Shown: positions 10,601-19,060 of the stretch, in pieces
How the letters are laid out: each line of letters starts with the position of its first letter
Numbering within the stretch: the stretch's first letter is position 1
Assembly: GCF_026460985.1 (NCBI RefSeq)
Contig: NZ_JAPKNM010000096.1
Coordinates: 243 to 64,242, forward strand
Direction of reading: 5' to 3'
DNA length: 64,000 bases
Origin: Sphingomonas sp.
GTDB lineage: Bacteria; Pseudomonadota; Alphaproteobacteria; Sphingomonadales; Sphingomonadaceae
The notes under the pieces: generated by a model
Told to the model about the DNA's origin: nothing
Database searches by the model: none
What the model saw: the letters and a program-made list of their open reading frames with translations, nothing else
Made by a program: the position numbers and the translations under genes

Positions 10601-10851
10601 CGGTGGTGACCTATGAGGACGGCGTGACGCCGGTACAGTGCACGGGTGGCGCGACCTGGAATGTCGACATGGCGCTCAGCCAGAAGGTCGGCGACCGCTT
10701 CACGCTCTACGCCAACGTCCTGAACATCCTCGACCTCAAGCCGCCGGTCGATCCCAGCGCCGCCTACAGCATCTTTCAATATAATCCCGCCTGGGCCGGG
10801 GCGAATGTGCTGGGGCGCTATTTCAGGGTCGGTGCGAGAATGAGCTTCTGA
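7693..10851 (+). CDS. TonB-dependent receptor
   Basis: RBS GGGAGA is followed by ATG 7693. Signal peptide [28 protein letters not shown]. Plug motifs ([35 protein letters not shown]). C-terminal beta-barrel ends in ...[11 protein letters not shown]. Confidence 0.9.
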   Translation: [1052 protein letters not shown]

Positions 10852-10864
10852 GACATCGGTGGGG

Positions 10865-10884
10865 CAGGGCGCGCGACCGCCCTG
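10865..10884 (+). terminator. weak hairpin after the TonB-dependent receptor gene
   Basis: CAGGGCG-cgcgac-CGCCCTG 7-bp stem, 14 nt after the stop, followed by TTCC. No real U-tract. Confidence 0.3.
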
Positions 10885-11221
10885 TTCCGCCGCGCATGTG
10901 CAAACCAAATTGGCCGCCGTGCGATCGATCCGATGCCGGTCGGCGAGATGATCGGTCGGTGGCCTGACGACGATGGAGTTTAGCTAGGGTTGATCAGGAT
11001 ATCGGCGCAGCGCGGAAGCGTGAAGCGCCCGGCGAGGAGCGTGCATGGGAACGGCTACTATCGCGCGCTCGTCTCGCGAAAGCAGACGGGCAGCTTGCGG
11101 CCTGAATCATGCCGCTCTAACCCCTCGGCTCAGAGACGGGAGCGCTGCAGAACACGCTTGTCCAGGCCCCCGGCGCTCTCCTTCAAAGCATGTGCTGCCT
11201 CCTGCAGCCACAAGGAGATTG

Positions 11222-11467
11222 ATGGATAGAATTCTGGACAGGAGAAGAACAAGGCGCTCGATTTTCCACGATGGCATTTGTTCACGTCGAAAATCGCAAA
11301 GGTTCTCAGATGCCCTAATGAAAGAGACTAAAGAGGTCTGGGAGCCATACTATGGAAGAAACTTAACCGACGAAGAGGCCGGCGACATAATAAGGAACGT
11401 TTGCGGATTCTTCAGGACATTTCACATGGATGACGCACAGGGAAAGCGCAAGAAGCGTACGGAATAA
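11222..11467 (+). CDS. small hypothetical protein in the AT-rich islet
   Basis: Visibly AT-richer than the surroundings. MDRILDRRR...MKETKEVWEPYYGRNLTDEEAGDIIRNVCGFFRTFHMDDAQGKRKKRTE. Alternative start at 11318. Codon usage is unlike the host genes. Confidence 0.3.
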   Translation: MDRILDRRRTRRSIFHDGICSRRKSQRFSDALMKETKEVWEPYYGRNLTDEEAGDIIRNVCGFFRTFHMDDAQGKRKKRTE

Positions 11468-11572
11468 ACAAAAACCCAAGGTGCTCTCGGTGGCCGATTT
11501 TCACCAGCGACCGAAATAAGGCGCTTGGATTGGGATGCCCGCCGCCATGACGGCGATTGGCCGATGACCTTT

Positions 11573-11585
11573 TCGGATTCGAACC
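11573..11585. repeat. 13-nt direct copy of the tRNA-Trp T-arm (possible att remnant)
   Basis: TCGGATTCGAACC at 11573..11585 is identical to 11729..11741 inside the tRNA gene. It lies on the 3' side of the tRNA. Confidence 0.5.
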
Positions 11586-11716
11586 AGAACCAATATATAT
11601 TTCTTGTTTATCAGTGGTTTGGCTGCCTAGCGGAGACGCCTACCCTCCGTGTATGAAATTCGAACTTTCATCGTAAACAATTACGATAAAAGAGGAAAAT
11701 AAGCATATTCGGGAGA

Positions 11717-11793
11717 TGGCAGGGGCGCTCGGATTCGAACCGAGGGCCTTCGGTTTTGGAGACCGACGCTCTAACCAGCTGAGCTACGCCCCT
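11717..11793 (-). tRNA. tRNA-Trp (anticodon CCA)
   Basis: The reverse complement folds as AGGGGCG-TA-GCTC-AGCTGGTTA-GAGC-G-TCGGT-CTCCAAA-ACCGA-AGGCC-CTCGG-TTCGAAT-CCGAG-CGCCCCT-G-CCA. It is 77 nt with an A1-U72 pair and an encoded CCA. Confidence 0.95.
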
Positions 11794-11840
11794 GTGCGGC
11801 CGAAGCCCTTAGCGGGCCCTTGCGGCGCTAGCAAGGCTTC

Positions 11841-14198
11841 TCACGCGGCGACGCTGCCGCTGATCTGCCGCATCGCCAGTGCGCGCGCCTCGAGCACCGG
11901 CAGCGGACGGCCGAAATAATAGCCCTGGACCTTGGTGCAGCCCAGTCGCTGGATCATCTGGTGCTCCTCCTCGGTCTCGACGCCCTCGGCGGTCGTCGCC
12001 ATGCCGAGGCTGTCGGCGAGCGCGACCACGGCGCGGATGATCGCGATCGCCTCCTTGGTGCCCTTGGAAGCGCCCTGGACGAAGCTGCGGTCGATCTTGA
12101 TCGAACTGAAGCGGGTATGCGCGAGATAGCCGAGCGACGAATAGCCCGTCCCGAAATCGTCGAGGCTGAGGCGCACGCCGAGATCGAGGATTTTCTCGAG
12201 CACTTCCACCGCCACGGTGCCCTCGCGCATGAAGACGCTTTCGGTGACCTCGAGCTCGAGGCGCTCGGGGGGTAGGCCGGACTGGGCCAGCGCCTGCGCG
12301 ACGATGCCGACAAAGGCGGGGTTATGCAGCTGCTCGGGGCTGACATTGACCGCGATGCGCACGGGAAGGTCCCAGCGCGCCGCCTCGTGGCACGCGGTGC
12401 GCAGCACCCATTCGCCGATCGGCGCGATCAGCCGGGCCTCTTCGGCGAGCGGCACGAACTTGGCGGGCGAGACGTTGCCGAATTCGGGATGCGTCCAGCG
12501 CAGCAGTGCCTCGAAGCCGGTGAGCTGGCTCGTCTCGGCATTGACCACCGGCTGATAGTTGAGGTGCATCTCGCCCTGCTCGACCGCGCTGCGCAAGGCG
12601 ATCTCGAGCACGCGGCGCTCCTCGGCGGCCATGTGGAGCTGGGGCTCATAGGCGTGGAAGACGCCGCCGCCGGCGTCCTTCGAGCGATAGAGCGCGAGGT
12701 CGGCCGAGCGGATCAGCATCTCGGCGGTGCGCCCGTCGCGCGGGCCGACCGCGACGCCGACCGACGCGCCGATATAAAGCGTGTGCTGGTCCACCTCATA
12801 AGGATGCGACAGCGAATCGATGATCGTCTGGGCGAGCTGCTCGGTGCGATGGGTGTCGGTCGCATCGCGGACGACCACGGCGAATTCGTCGCCGCCGAGC
12901 CGGCCGATCATCTCGTTTTCGGTCATCAGCAGCTTGAGCCGCTCCGAGACCCGCCCGAGCAGGCGGTCGCCCACGGGGTGGCCCAGCGTGTCGTTGACCG
13001 CCTTGAACCGGTCGAGGTCGATCATCATGAACGCGCAGCGCGAGCCCCATTTGTCGGCGTCGGCCATGGCGCGGGCGAGCGTTTCGTTGATCAGCAGGCG
13101 ATTGGGCAGCCCGGTGAGCGTGTCGAAGCGTGCCATGTGGCTGATCTTGTCGGCGGACTTGCGTGCCTCGGTGACGTCCGAGCCGACGCCGCGGAAGCCG
13201 ATGAACGCACCGCGCTCGTCATAGCGCGGGCTCGCCGACATCTCCCACCAGCGCTCGTCCTCGGCGACATAGACCGGGAGCAGCAGGTCGCGGAACGGCT
13301 CGCGCGCCTTGAGCTTGTCGGCGAGCGCGCGCAGGCCGGGCGCGAAATTGCCGTCTTCCCAGGTCGGCCCGGCGAGCAGCTGGAGGAAGGGAGTGCCGTT
13401 GATCGTCTTCGGATCGGCGCCGAGCGAGACGGCGAAGCGCGGATTGGCGCGTGCGACGCGGCGCTGCGCGTCGATCTCCCAGAGCCAGTCGGAGCCCGAA
13501 TCCTCGAATTCGCGGAGCAGCAGGCTGACGGTCTCGTCGCGCTCGGCGAGCGCCATCTCGCCGGCGCGGATGACGACGAGCGCGCGTCCGCGGCCGAAGG
13601 TGGCGATCGCGAGCAGCAGGGTGAAGAGCGCGGTCGCCGCGGCGAGCACCGGCGACGCGACCAGCGCCAGCATCGTCGTGATCGAGGCGCCGACGATCGA
13701 TACGAAGGCGATGGTGGCGAGCGGCAGCGCGGCCATCGCGACCGCCGAAGCGGTCATCAGCAGCGAAATGATGACCCATAGGCCGAGCGCGGCGCCCGCA
13801 TCGGCGGCATGGCCGAACGCCAGCGGCGGAATCGACCAGACCGCACCGAGCGCAATCCCGTCCAGCACGGTATCGCGAACGTCCCTGAGCGATGCGGTGA
13901 CGGCGGCGCGGTGGCGGCGGGAAAGGCGGCGGAACGCGACCGCGCAGCCGACCGCCGCGACCAGCGCGCCCCAGCTCGCGAGCTGCCAGAGCGGCATCCG
14001 CGGCGCGAGGAGCATCGTGACGAGCGATGCGCCGACCAGATTGGCCGCGAGCATGAACAGCGCCAGCTGGCTGCCGGCATGCAATTGCGCGGCGCGAATC
14101 GGGCCCCAATCGATGGCGTCCGCCGGATCGTAAAGACCCAGGAGCGCGCGCGCGTCGATGCGCGGCCGGGCAAATTGGGAAATGGTCTGGCTGGTCAC
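11841..14198 (-). CDS. membrane-anchored PAS-GGDEF-EAL protein (c-di-GMP turnover)
   Basis: Multi-TM N-terminus. RLGGDEFAVVV (GGDEF) and GFEALLRW (EAL) motifs. The EAL C-terminus has DDFGTGYSSL. Confidence 0.9.
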   Translation of the reverse strand: MTSQTISQFARPRIDARALLGLYDPADAIDWGPIRAAQLHAGSQLALFMLAANLVGASLVTMLLAPRMPLWQLASWGALVAAVGCAVAFRRLSRRHRAAVTASLRDVRDTVLDGIALGAVWSIPPLAFGHAADAGAALGLWVIISLLMTASAVAMAALPLATIAFVSIVGASITTMLALVASPVLAAATALFTLLLAIATFGRGRALVVIRAGEMALAERDETVSLLLREFEDSGSDWLWEIDAQRRVARANPRFAVSLGADPKTINGTPFLQLLAGPTWEDGNFAPGLRALADKLKAREPFRDLLLPVYVAEDERWWEMSASPRYDERGAFIGFRGVGSDVTEARKSADKISHMARFDTLTGLPNRLLINETLARAMADADKWGSRCAFMMIDLDRFKAVNDTLGHPVGDRLLGRVSERLKLLMTENEMIGRLGGDEFAVVVRDATDTHRTEQLAQTIIDSLSHPYEVDQHTLYIGASVGVAVGPRDGRTAEMLIRSADLALYRSKDAGGGVFHAYEPQLHMAAEERRVLEIALRSAVEQGEMHLNYQPVVNAETSQLTGFEALLRWTHPEFGNVSPAKFVPLAEEARLIAPIGEWVLRTACHEAARWDLPVRIAVNVSPEQLHNPAFVGIVAQALAQSGLPPERLELEVTESVFMREGTVAVEVLEKILDLGVRLSLDDFGTGYSSLGYLAHTRFSSIKIDRSFVQGASKGTKEAIAIIRAVVALADSLGMATTAEGVETEEEHQMIQRLGCTKVQGYYFGRPLPVLEARALAMRQISGSVAA

Positions 14199-14336
14199 CC
14201 GGCGGGGTTAACCGAGGGGTGGTTAGCGAGAGGTTAGATTTGGCGGCGAAACGGATGAAATTTACATCGCTTCCGGATCATCGTCCTACGCGCGCAAAGC
14301 CTGAGGCGAGCCGGCAGCGCCGGCCCGCCCGGCGGT

Positions 14337-16073
14337 TCAGGCCGCGAGATCGTAGGGCTTGATCTCGCCGTTCAGATAGAGATTGCGCGCCTTGGCGCGG
14401 CTGAGCTTGCCCGAGCTGGTGCGCGGCAGCGTGCGCGGCGGCACCAGCTCGATCACGCAGTTCATGCCGGTGACCGAGCGGACGCGCTCGCGGATCTCGT
14501 CGCGCAGGCGGATGCGTTCCTTCTCGTCCGAGGTACGGCACTGGACGAGCACTGCGGGCGTTTCCTCGCCGCCGGGCGTGGTGATCGCGAAGGCCGCGAC
14601 GTCGCCCTGCTTGAAGGCCGGCAGCTGCTCCACCGCCCATTCGATGTCCTGCGGCCAGTGGTTGCGGCCGTTGACGATGATCATGTCCTTCGCCCGGCCG
14701 ACGATGTAGACGTAACCCTCGGAAATATAGCCCATGTCGCCGGTGTCGAGCCAGCCGTCCTTCATGCAGGCGTCGGTCGACTCCTGGTCGCGGAAATAGC
14801 CGACCATCACCGAGGGACCGCGGCACCACACCTTGCCGATCGCCTTTTCGGGCAGCGGCGTGCCGTCTTCCTCGCGGATCTGGACCTCCATGTCCTTCAC
14901 CGGCTTGCCGCAATTGACGATCGCGCGGAAACGCTGCGGGCGGTCCTCACGCGCCACGTCGCCGCCGGAGAGCTGGGTCTCCTCGACGAGTTCGACGACG
15001 ATGCCCTCGCCCGGCGGCATGATCGACACCGCAAGCGTCGCCTCGGCAAGGCCGTAGCTGGGCAGGAAGGTGGTCGCCTTGAACCCGGCATCGGCGAAGG
15101 CGTCGACGAACGACTGCATCACGTCCGGGCGGATCATGTCGGCGCCGTTGCCCGCGACGCGCCAGCGCGACAGGTCGAAGCGGTCGCTCGCCTTGGTCTG
15201 GCTCGACATGCGGCGCGCGCATATGTCGTAGCCGAAGGTCGGCGAGTAGGAGAGGGTGGTGCCCTGATTGCGGCTGATCAGGTCGAGCCAGGCGAGCGGG
15301 CGCCGGGCGAAATCCTCGGTCTTGAGATAGTCGGTCGAGACCTGGTTGGCGACGACCGACAGGAAGCAGCCGACCAGTCCCATGTCATGGTACCAGGGCA
15401 GCCAGGAGATGCAGCGATCGCTCTCTTGGAGCTGCATGCCGTGGCTGTGCGCCGACAGGTTGTTGAGCAGCGCGTGGTGGGTGATCGCAACCCCGTGCGG
15501 GAAGCGCGTCGAGCCGCTCGAATATTGGAGATAGGCGATGTCGCTGGTGCTCGCCTCGGGCAGCGCCACCTCGGGCGCGTCGCGCTCGGCGAATTCGGAC
15601 CAGTCGATCCCCTGCACGCCGGTGATCCGCGCCGCCTCGGCGCACATCGCGCCGATCTCGGGCGGGAAGATCAGCATCGAGGGATCGCAGCTGTCGAGCT
15701 GGACGCGGAGCTGGTCGATATAGGATTGGGCGCCGCCGAAGCTGGTCGGCAGCGGCAGCGGCACCGGCCAGGCGCCAGCATAGACGACGCCGAAGAACAG
15801 CGAGGCGAACTCGACGCCGGTCTCCGCGATCAGCGCGATACGGTCCTCGGGCTTCACGCCGGCGGCGATCAGGCGGCGCGCCTGCGTCAGCGCGTCCCGG
15901 CGCAGCTCGGAGAAGGGATACGGCCGCGTCAGATTGCCGCGCGCGTCGTGGAAGTTGAGTCCGCGAACCCCCTGCGCCGCATAGTCGAGGGCCTCGCCGA
16001 GGGTGGCGAAGTCCGCGAGGCGGCGGGGGTGACTGTCCTCGGTCGGGGTAGGAACGGGTTTTCCCGTCTCCAT
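14337..16073 (-). CDS. fatty-acyl-AMP ligase / AMP-dependent synthetase
   Basis: AMP-binding motif LQYSSGSTRFPHGVAITHHALL plus DTGDMGY and RTSSGKLSR. Trimmed to Met METGKPV at 16073. Confidence 0.8.
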   Translation of the reverse strand: METGKPVPTPTEDSHPRRLADFATLGEALDYAAQGVRGLNFHDARGNLTRPYPFSELRRDALTQARRLIAAGVKPEDRIALIAETGVEFASLFFGVVYAGAWPVPLPLPTSFGGAQSYIDQLRVQLDSCDPSMLIFPPEIGAMCAEAARITGVQGIDWSEFAERDAPEVALPEASTSDIAYLQYSSGSTRFPHGVAITHHALLNNLSAHSHGMQLQESDRCISWLPWYHDMGLVGCFLSVVANQVSTDYLKTEDFARRPLAWLDLISRNQGTTLSYSPTFGYDICARRMSSQTKASDRFDLSRWRVAGNGADMIRPDVMQSFVDAFADAGFKATTFLPSYGLAEATLAVSIMPPGEGIVVELVEETQLSGGDVAREDRPQRFRAIVNCGKPVKDMEVQIREEDGTPLPEKAIGKVWCRGPSVMVGYFRDQESTDACMKDGWLDTGDMGYISEGYVYIVGRAKDMIIVNGRNHWPQDIEWAVEQLPAFKQGDVAAFAITTPGGEETPAVLVQCRTSDEKERIRLRDEIRERVRSVTGMNCVIELVPPRTLPRTSSGKLSRAKARNLYLNGEIKPYDLAA

Positions 16074-16233
16074 GACACCCTGATGCGATCCCGTTTCGTC
16101 CAATACCATTCTTTGTCTCGTGCCCCTGTGAGCTGGCAGACCCGTTGTGCCCCCACAACGCATACTAAATGCGGACGGCTCTGCTACGCACTGGCGTTCA
16201 AAATCGGTTGGCACTGTGGCACAATCATGGCGC

Positions 16234-16776
16234 ATGACCCGCCCGAGGCGCCCGCTAACCCCCTTGAACGCTACCGATCTGGAGCGATTCGCACTCCGTT
16301 ACGTCGAGCGCTACGCCACCACAAGGGGCAGGCTCTCGGACTATCTGAAGCGCAAGATTCGCGAGCGTGGCTGGAGCGGCGAGGGGACTCCCGACACGAT
16401 CGGACTGGCGCAGCGCATGTCGGATCTCGGCTATGTCGACGACCGGCTCTTCGCGGAGAGCAAGGCGAGCGCAATGGGGCGAAGAGGGCTTGGCGCGCGG
16501 CGGATCGATGAGGCGCTGCGTCAGGCCGGGATCGATGAGGGGGACGCCAGCGCGGTGGCGCCAGCGGTGCGTGCGAATGCCGCCGCGAGCGCGATCGCCT
16601 TCGCCCGCCGCAAGCGGATCGGACCCTATGCCCGCGAGGCCGTCGAACGCGCCGGGCAGGAGAAGCATCTGGCCGCGATGCTCCGCGCGGGCCATGCGCT
16701 CGATCTTTCGCGCAGGATCGTCCGGATGGCCCCGGGCGAGGATGTCGAAGCGCTGATCGTCCCTGAGTGGGACTGA
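16234..16776 (+). CDS. recX: RecX-family regulatory protein
   Basis: LERFALRYVERYATTRGRLSDYLKRKIRERG...RRIDEALRQAGID repeats typical of RecX. ATG at 16234. Confidence 0.75.
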   Translation: MTRPRRPLTPLNATDLERFALRYVERYATTRGRLSDYLKRKIRERGWSGEGTPDTIGLAQRMSDLGYVDDRLFAESKASAMGRRGLGARRIDEALRQAGIDEGDASAVAPAVRANAAASAIAFARRKRIGPYAREAVERAGQEKHLAAMLRAGHALDLSRRIVRMAPGEDVEALIVPEWD

Positions 16777-16862
16777 CATGGTTAAACCTTAAGGGAGACT
16801 CAACAAAGCAATTCCATATTTGGAAGGTGCTGTGTTAAATACAGTCCCTTGGGGGACTAGAA

Positions 16863-17447
16863 ATGCGTGCTGAGCAACAGCTTGCGCCTCGCGACGAAAC
16901 GGTCGCGCCGCCGGGGGAAGAGGGTTTCGTGGCGGAAACGGCGTCGGAAGGCCAGGTTTTTAGCGGTGTCGTCAAATGGTTCGATGTTACCCGGGGGTTT
17001 GGGTTCCTCGTTGCCGATGACGCCGCGGCTGGCGACATATTGATTCACTTCTCCGTGCTGCAGGAGCACGGCAGGCGGAGCCTACCCGAAGGCGCGCGGG
17101 TCGAATGCCTCGCGGTGCATCGACAACGCGGGCTTCAGGCCAAGGAAATCCGCTCGATCGACCTGAGCGAGGCGGTCGAGGCGCCGAAGCGGCAGCCCGA
17201 GCGTGCCGACCGGATCAAGCTGATCGACGAGGCCGGCCCGTTCGAGCCCGTCACGGTCAAATGGTTCAATCGCCTCAAGGGCTACGGATTTCTGGTGCGC
17301 GGCACGGACTCGGCGGATATATTCGTCCATATGGAGACGTTGCGCCGCGCCGAGATCGAGGAAGTCGAACCCGGCCAGTCCCTCAGCGCACGCATCGTCG
17401 CAGGCGACAAGGGACCGCTGGCAGTGGCGGTCGAGAGGACCGGCTGA
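16863..17447 (+). CDS. cold-shock-domain protein with two CSDs
   Basis: [19 protein letters not shown] and [18 protein letters not shown] (RNP1-like motifs appear twice). Confidence 0.85.
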   Translation: MRAEQQLAPRDETVAPPGEEGFVAETASEGQVFSGVVKWFDVTRGFGFLVADDAAAGDILIHFSVLQEHGRRSLPEGARVECLAVHRQRGLQAKEIRSIDLSEAVEAPKRQPERADRIKLIDEAGPFEPVTVKWFNRLKGYGFLVRGTDSADIFVHMETLRRAEIEEVEPGQSLSARIVAGDKGPLAVAVERTG

Positions 17448-17451
17448 GGCG

Positions 17452-17955
17452 ATGATTCGCAGATCTGGATTACGGGCGGCGTTCGCCGCAGCGACGTTGC
17501 TCGTGTCCACTGCGTGCCAGGGAGATACCGGCGCCAACGCCGCGACCGAGCAGAGTGGCGCGGCCAAGGTCGTCGTCACGGTAGAGACCAGGAACGGGCC
17601 GAAGGCGTTCAACGTCGAGGTCGCGCGCACCGCCGCCGAGCAGGAGCGGGGCCTGATGTTCCGCACCAATATTCCGGCGGACGGCGGCATGCTCTTCGCA
17701 CCCTATCCCGCGGGCGGCGCCGCGCCGCGCGAAGCCAGCTTCTGGATGAAGAACACGCCGACCCCGCTCGACATCATCTTCATCCGCCCCGACGGCACCA
17801 TCGCGTCGATCGCCGAGAACACCATTCCCTATTCGGAGGAGCCTTCGCGATCGGGCGAGCCGGTGCGCGCGGTGCTGGAGATACTGGGCGGCAAGTCGGC
17901 CGAGCTGGGGATTGCGCCGGGCGACAAGGTGCGCTGGGCCGGCCAGGGCAAGTGA
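17452..17955 (+). CDS. DUF192-domain protein (lipoprotein signal)
   Basis: Signal with lipobox LLVSTAC. ERGLMFR...GMLF...FWMKNTPTPLDIIF...AVLEI pattern of DUF192. Confidence 0.75.
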   Translation: MIRRSGLRAAFAAATLLVSTACQGDTGANAATEQSGAAKVVVTVETRNGPKAFNVEVARTAAEQERGLMFRTNIPADGGMLFAPYPAGGAAPREASFWMKNTPTPLDIIFIRPDGTIASIAENTIPYSEEPSRSGEPVRAVLEILGGKSAELGIAPGDKVRWAGQGK

Positions 17956-18020
17956 CCGGACCCGCATCCGCGATGGCGGATTCGATTGCCTCCGTCCGCC
18001 CCTGGGGCTAATCGGCGCGC

Positions 18021-18413
18021 ATGAGCCTGAATCGCAATCCCTTCACCTGGTGGAACGGCGCCACCTTCGGCACCTGGGTCGGCCTTCGCGGCAAGACCAA
18101 GGTGGGCGAGGATGCGCTGGGCAACGTCTATTGGCAGGGCGGCAAGGATCCCAACGGGCTCACCCGCCGCTGGGTGATCTACAGCGGTTCGAACGATGCG
18201 AGCCGCGTGCCGCCGGAATGGTTCAGCTGGCTCCACCACCAGATCGACGCCGCGCCCGATCAGGCGCTGCCGGCGCCGCGGGCATGGGAGAAGACGGCCG
18301 AGCCCAACCAGACGGGCACACGGCTGGCCTATCGGCCGTCCGGCGCGCTCGAGGCGGGCGGCCAGCGCGCGCGCTCGACCGGCGACTACGAGGCCTGGAC
18401 CCCCGACGCATGA
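18021..18413 (+). CDS. NADH:ubiquinone oxidoreductase subunit NDUFA12-like protein
   Basis: FTWWNGATFGTW...VGEDALGNVYW...RRWVIYSG...ASRVPPEWFSWLHH. Confidence 0.8.
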   Translation: MSLNRNPFTWWNGATFGTWVGLRGKTKVGEDALGNVYWQGGKDPNGLTRRWVIYSGSNDASRVPPEWFSWLHHQIDAAPDQALPAPRAWEKTAEPNQTGTRLAYRPSGALEAGGQRARSTGDYEAWTPDA

Positions 18414-19060
18414 GGCGTGGCGCCGCAGTCGCGGCGGCCGCCGGGCTGCTGCTCGGTCTCGGCGCGTGCAAGGGTGGCGAGGAGGCCGGCAACAATGCCG
18501 CCGACGACCTGGTCATCACCACCGGCCCGGGCAATGCCGCGGGCGGTGCGGAGGTGGTGGCGGTCGGGCCCGACACCAGCGTGCTGGGCGCCGCGGCCAC
18601 GCCGATGAACGAGCGCGAGGCGGTGCTCGGCCTGCTCAACAAGCGCAACGGCCAGGCGCGCGAGTTCAAGCTCCGGCCCGGCCAGGCTGCGCGGATCGGC
18701 GACGTCATCGTCCGGCTGCGCGCCTGCGACAAGACCGCACCCTGGGAGGCCGACCAGCTCACCGGCGCCTTCGTCCAGGTCGATGTCGAGCAGCTCGACA
18801 AGAGCTGGCGCCGGGTCTTCTCGGGCTGGCTCTACAAGGAACGGCCGGCGCTCAACGTCGTCCAGCACCCGATCTACGACGTCTGGCCCAAGAGCTGCGC
18901 GATGACCTTCCGCGACAGCGGCCCCGATACCGTGCCCGCACCCACCGCCGGCGGCTCGGGCAACGCGTCGAGCGCGAAGAAGTCGCCGTCGACCGAGGGC
19001 GCGCCCGAAGAGAGCCCCGCCGCCGAATCGCCGAGCGCGGCCCCCAGCAACGCGACATAA
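18410..19060 (+). CDS. DUF2155-domain protein with low-complexity tail
   Basis: ATG 18410 overlaps the upstream stop (ATGA). Lipoprotein-like signal LLLGLGAC. Core region AVLGLLNKRNGQAREFKLRPGQ...VRLRACDKTAPWE...GWLYKE. Confidence 0.7.
   Translation: MRRGAAVAAAAGLLLGLGACKGGEEAGNNAADDLVITTGPGNAAGGAEVVAVGPDTSVLGAAATPMNEREAVLGLLNKRNGQAREFKLRPGQAARIGDVIVRLRACDKTAPWEADQLTGAFVQVDVEQLDKSWRRVFSGWLYKERPALNVVQHPIYDVWPKSCAMTFRDSGPDTVPAPTAGGSGNASSAKKSPSTEGAPEESPAAESPSAAPSNAT

Noticed and set aside
7675-10908. Minus-strand ORFs of 427 and 547 aa inside the TonB-dependent receptor gene
   Set aside because: They are antisense shadow ORFs with Arg/Asp/Gly-rich low-information sequence. The plus-strand receptor has clear plug and barrel motifs.
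14205-14240. Three GGTTA pentamers upstream of the GGDEF-EAL gene
   Set aside because: The motif is short, the spacing is irregular (15 and 11 nt), and chance recurrence is easy. There is no supporting context.
12324-16511. Plus-strand ORFs of 485 and 617 aa opposite the GGDEF-EAL and acyl-AMP-ligase genes
   Set aside because: Same shadow-ORF signature. The minus-strand products carry canonical motifs.
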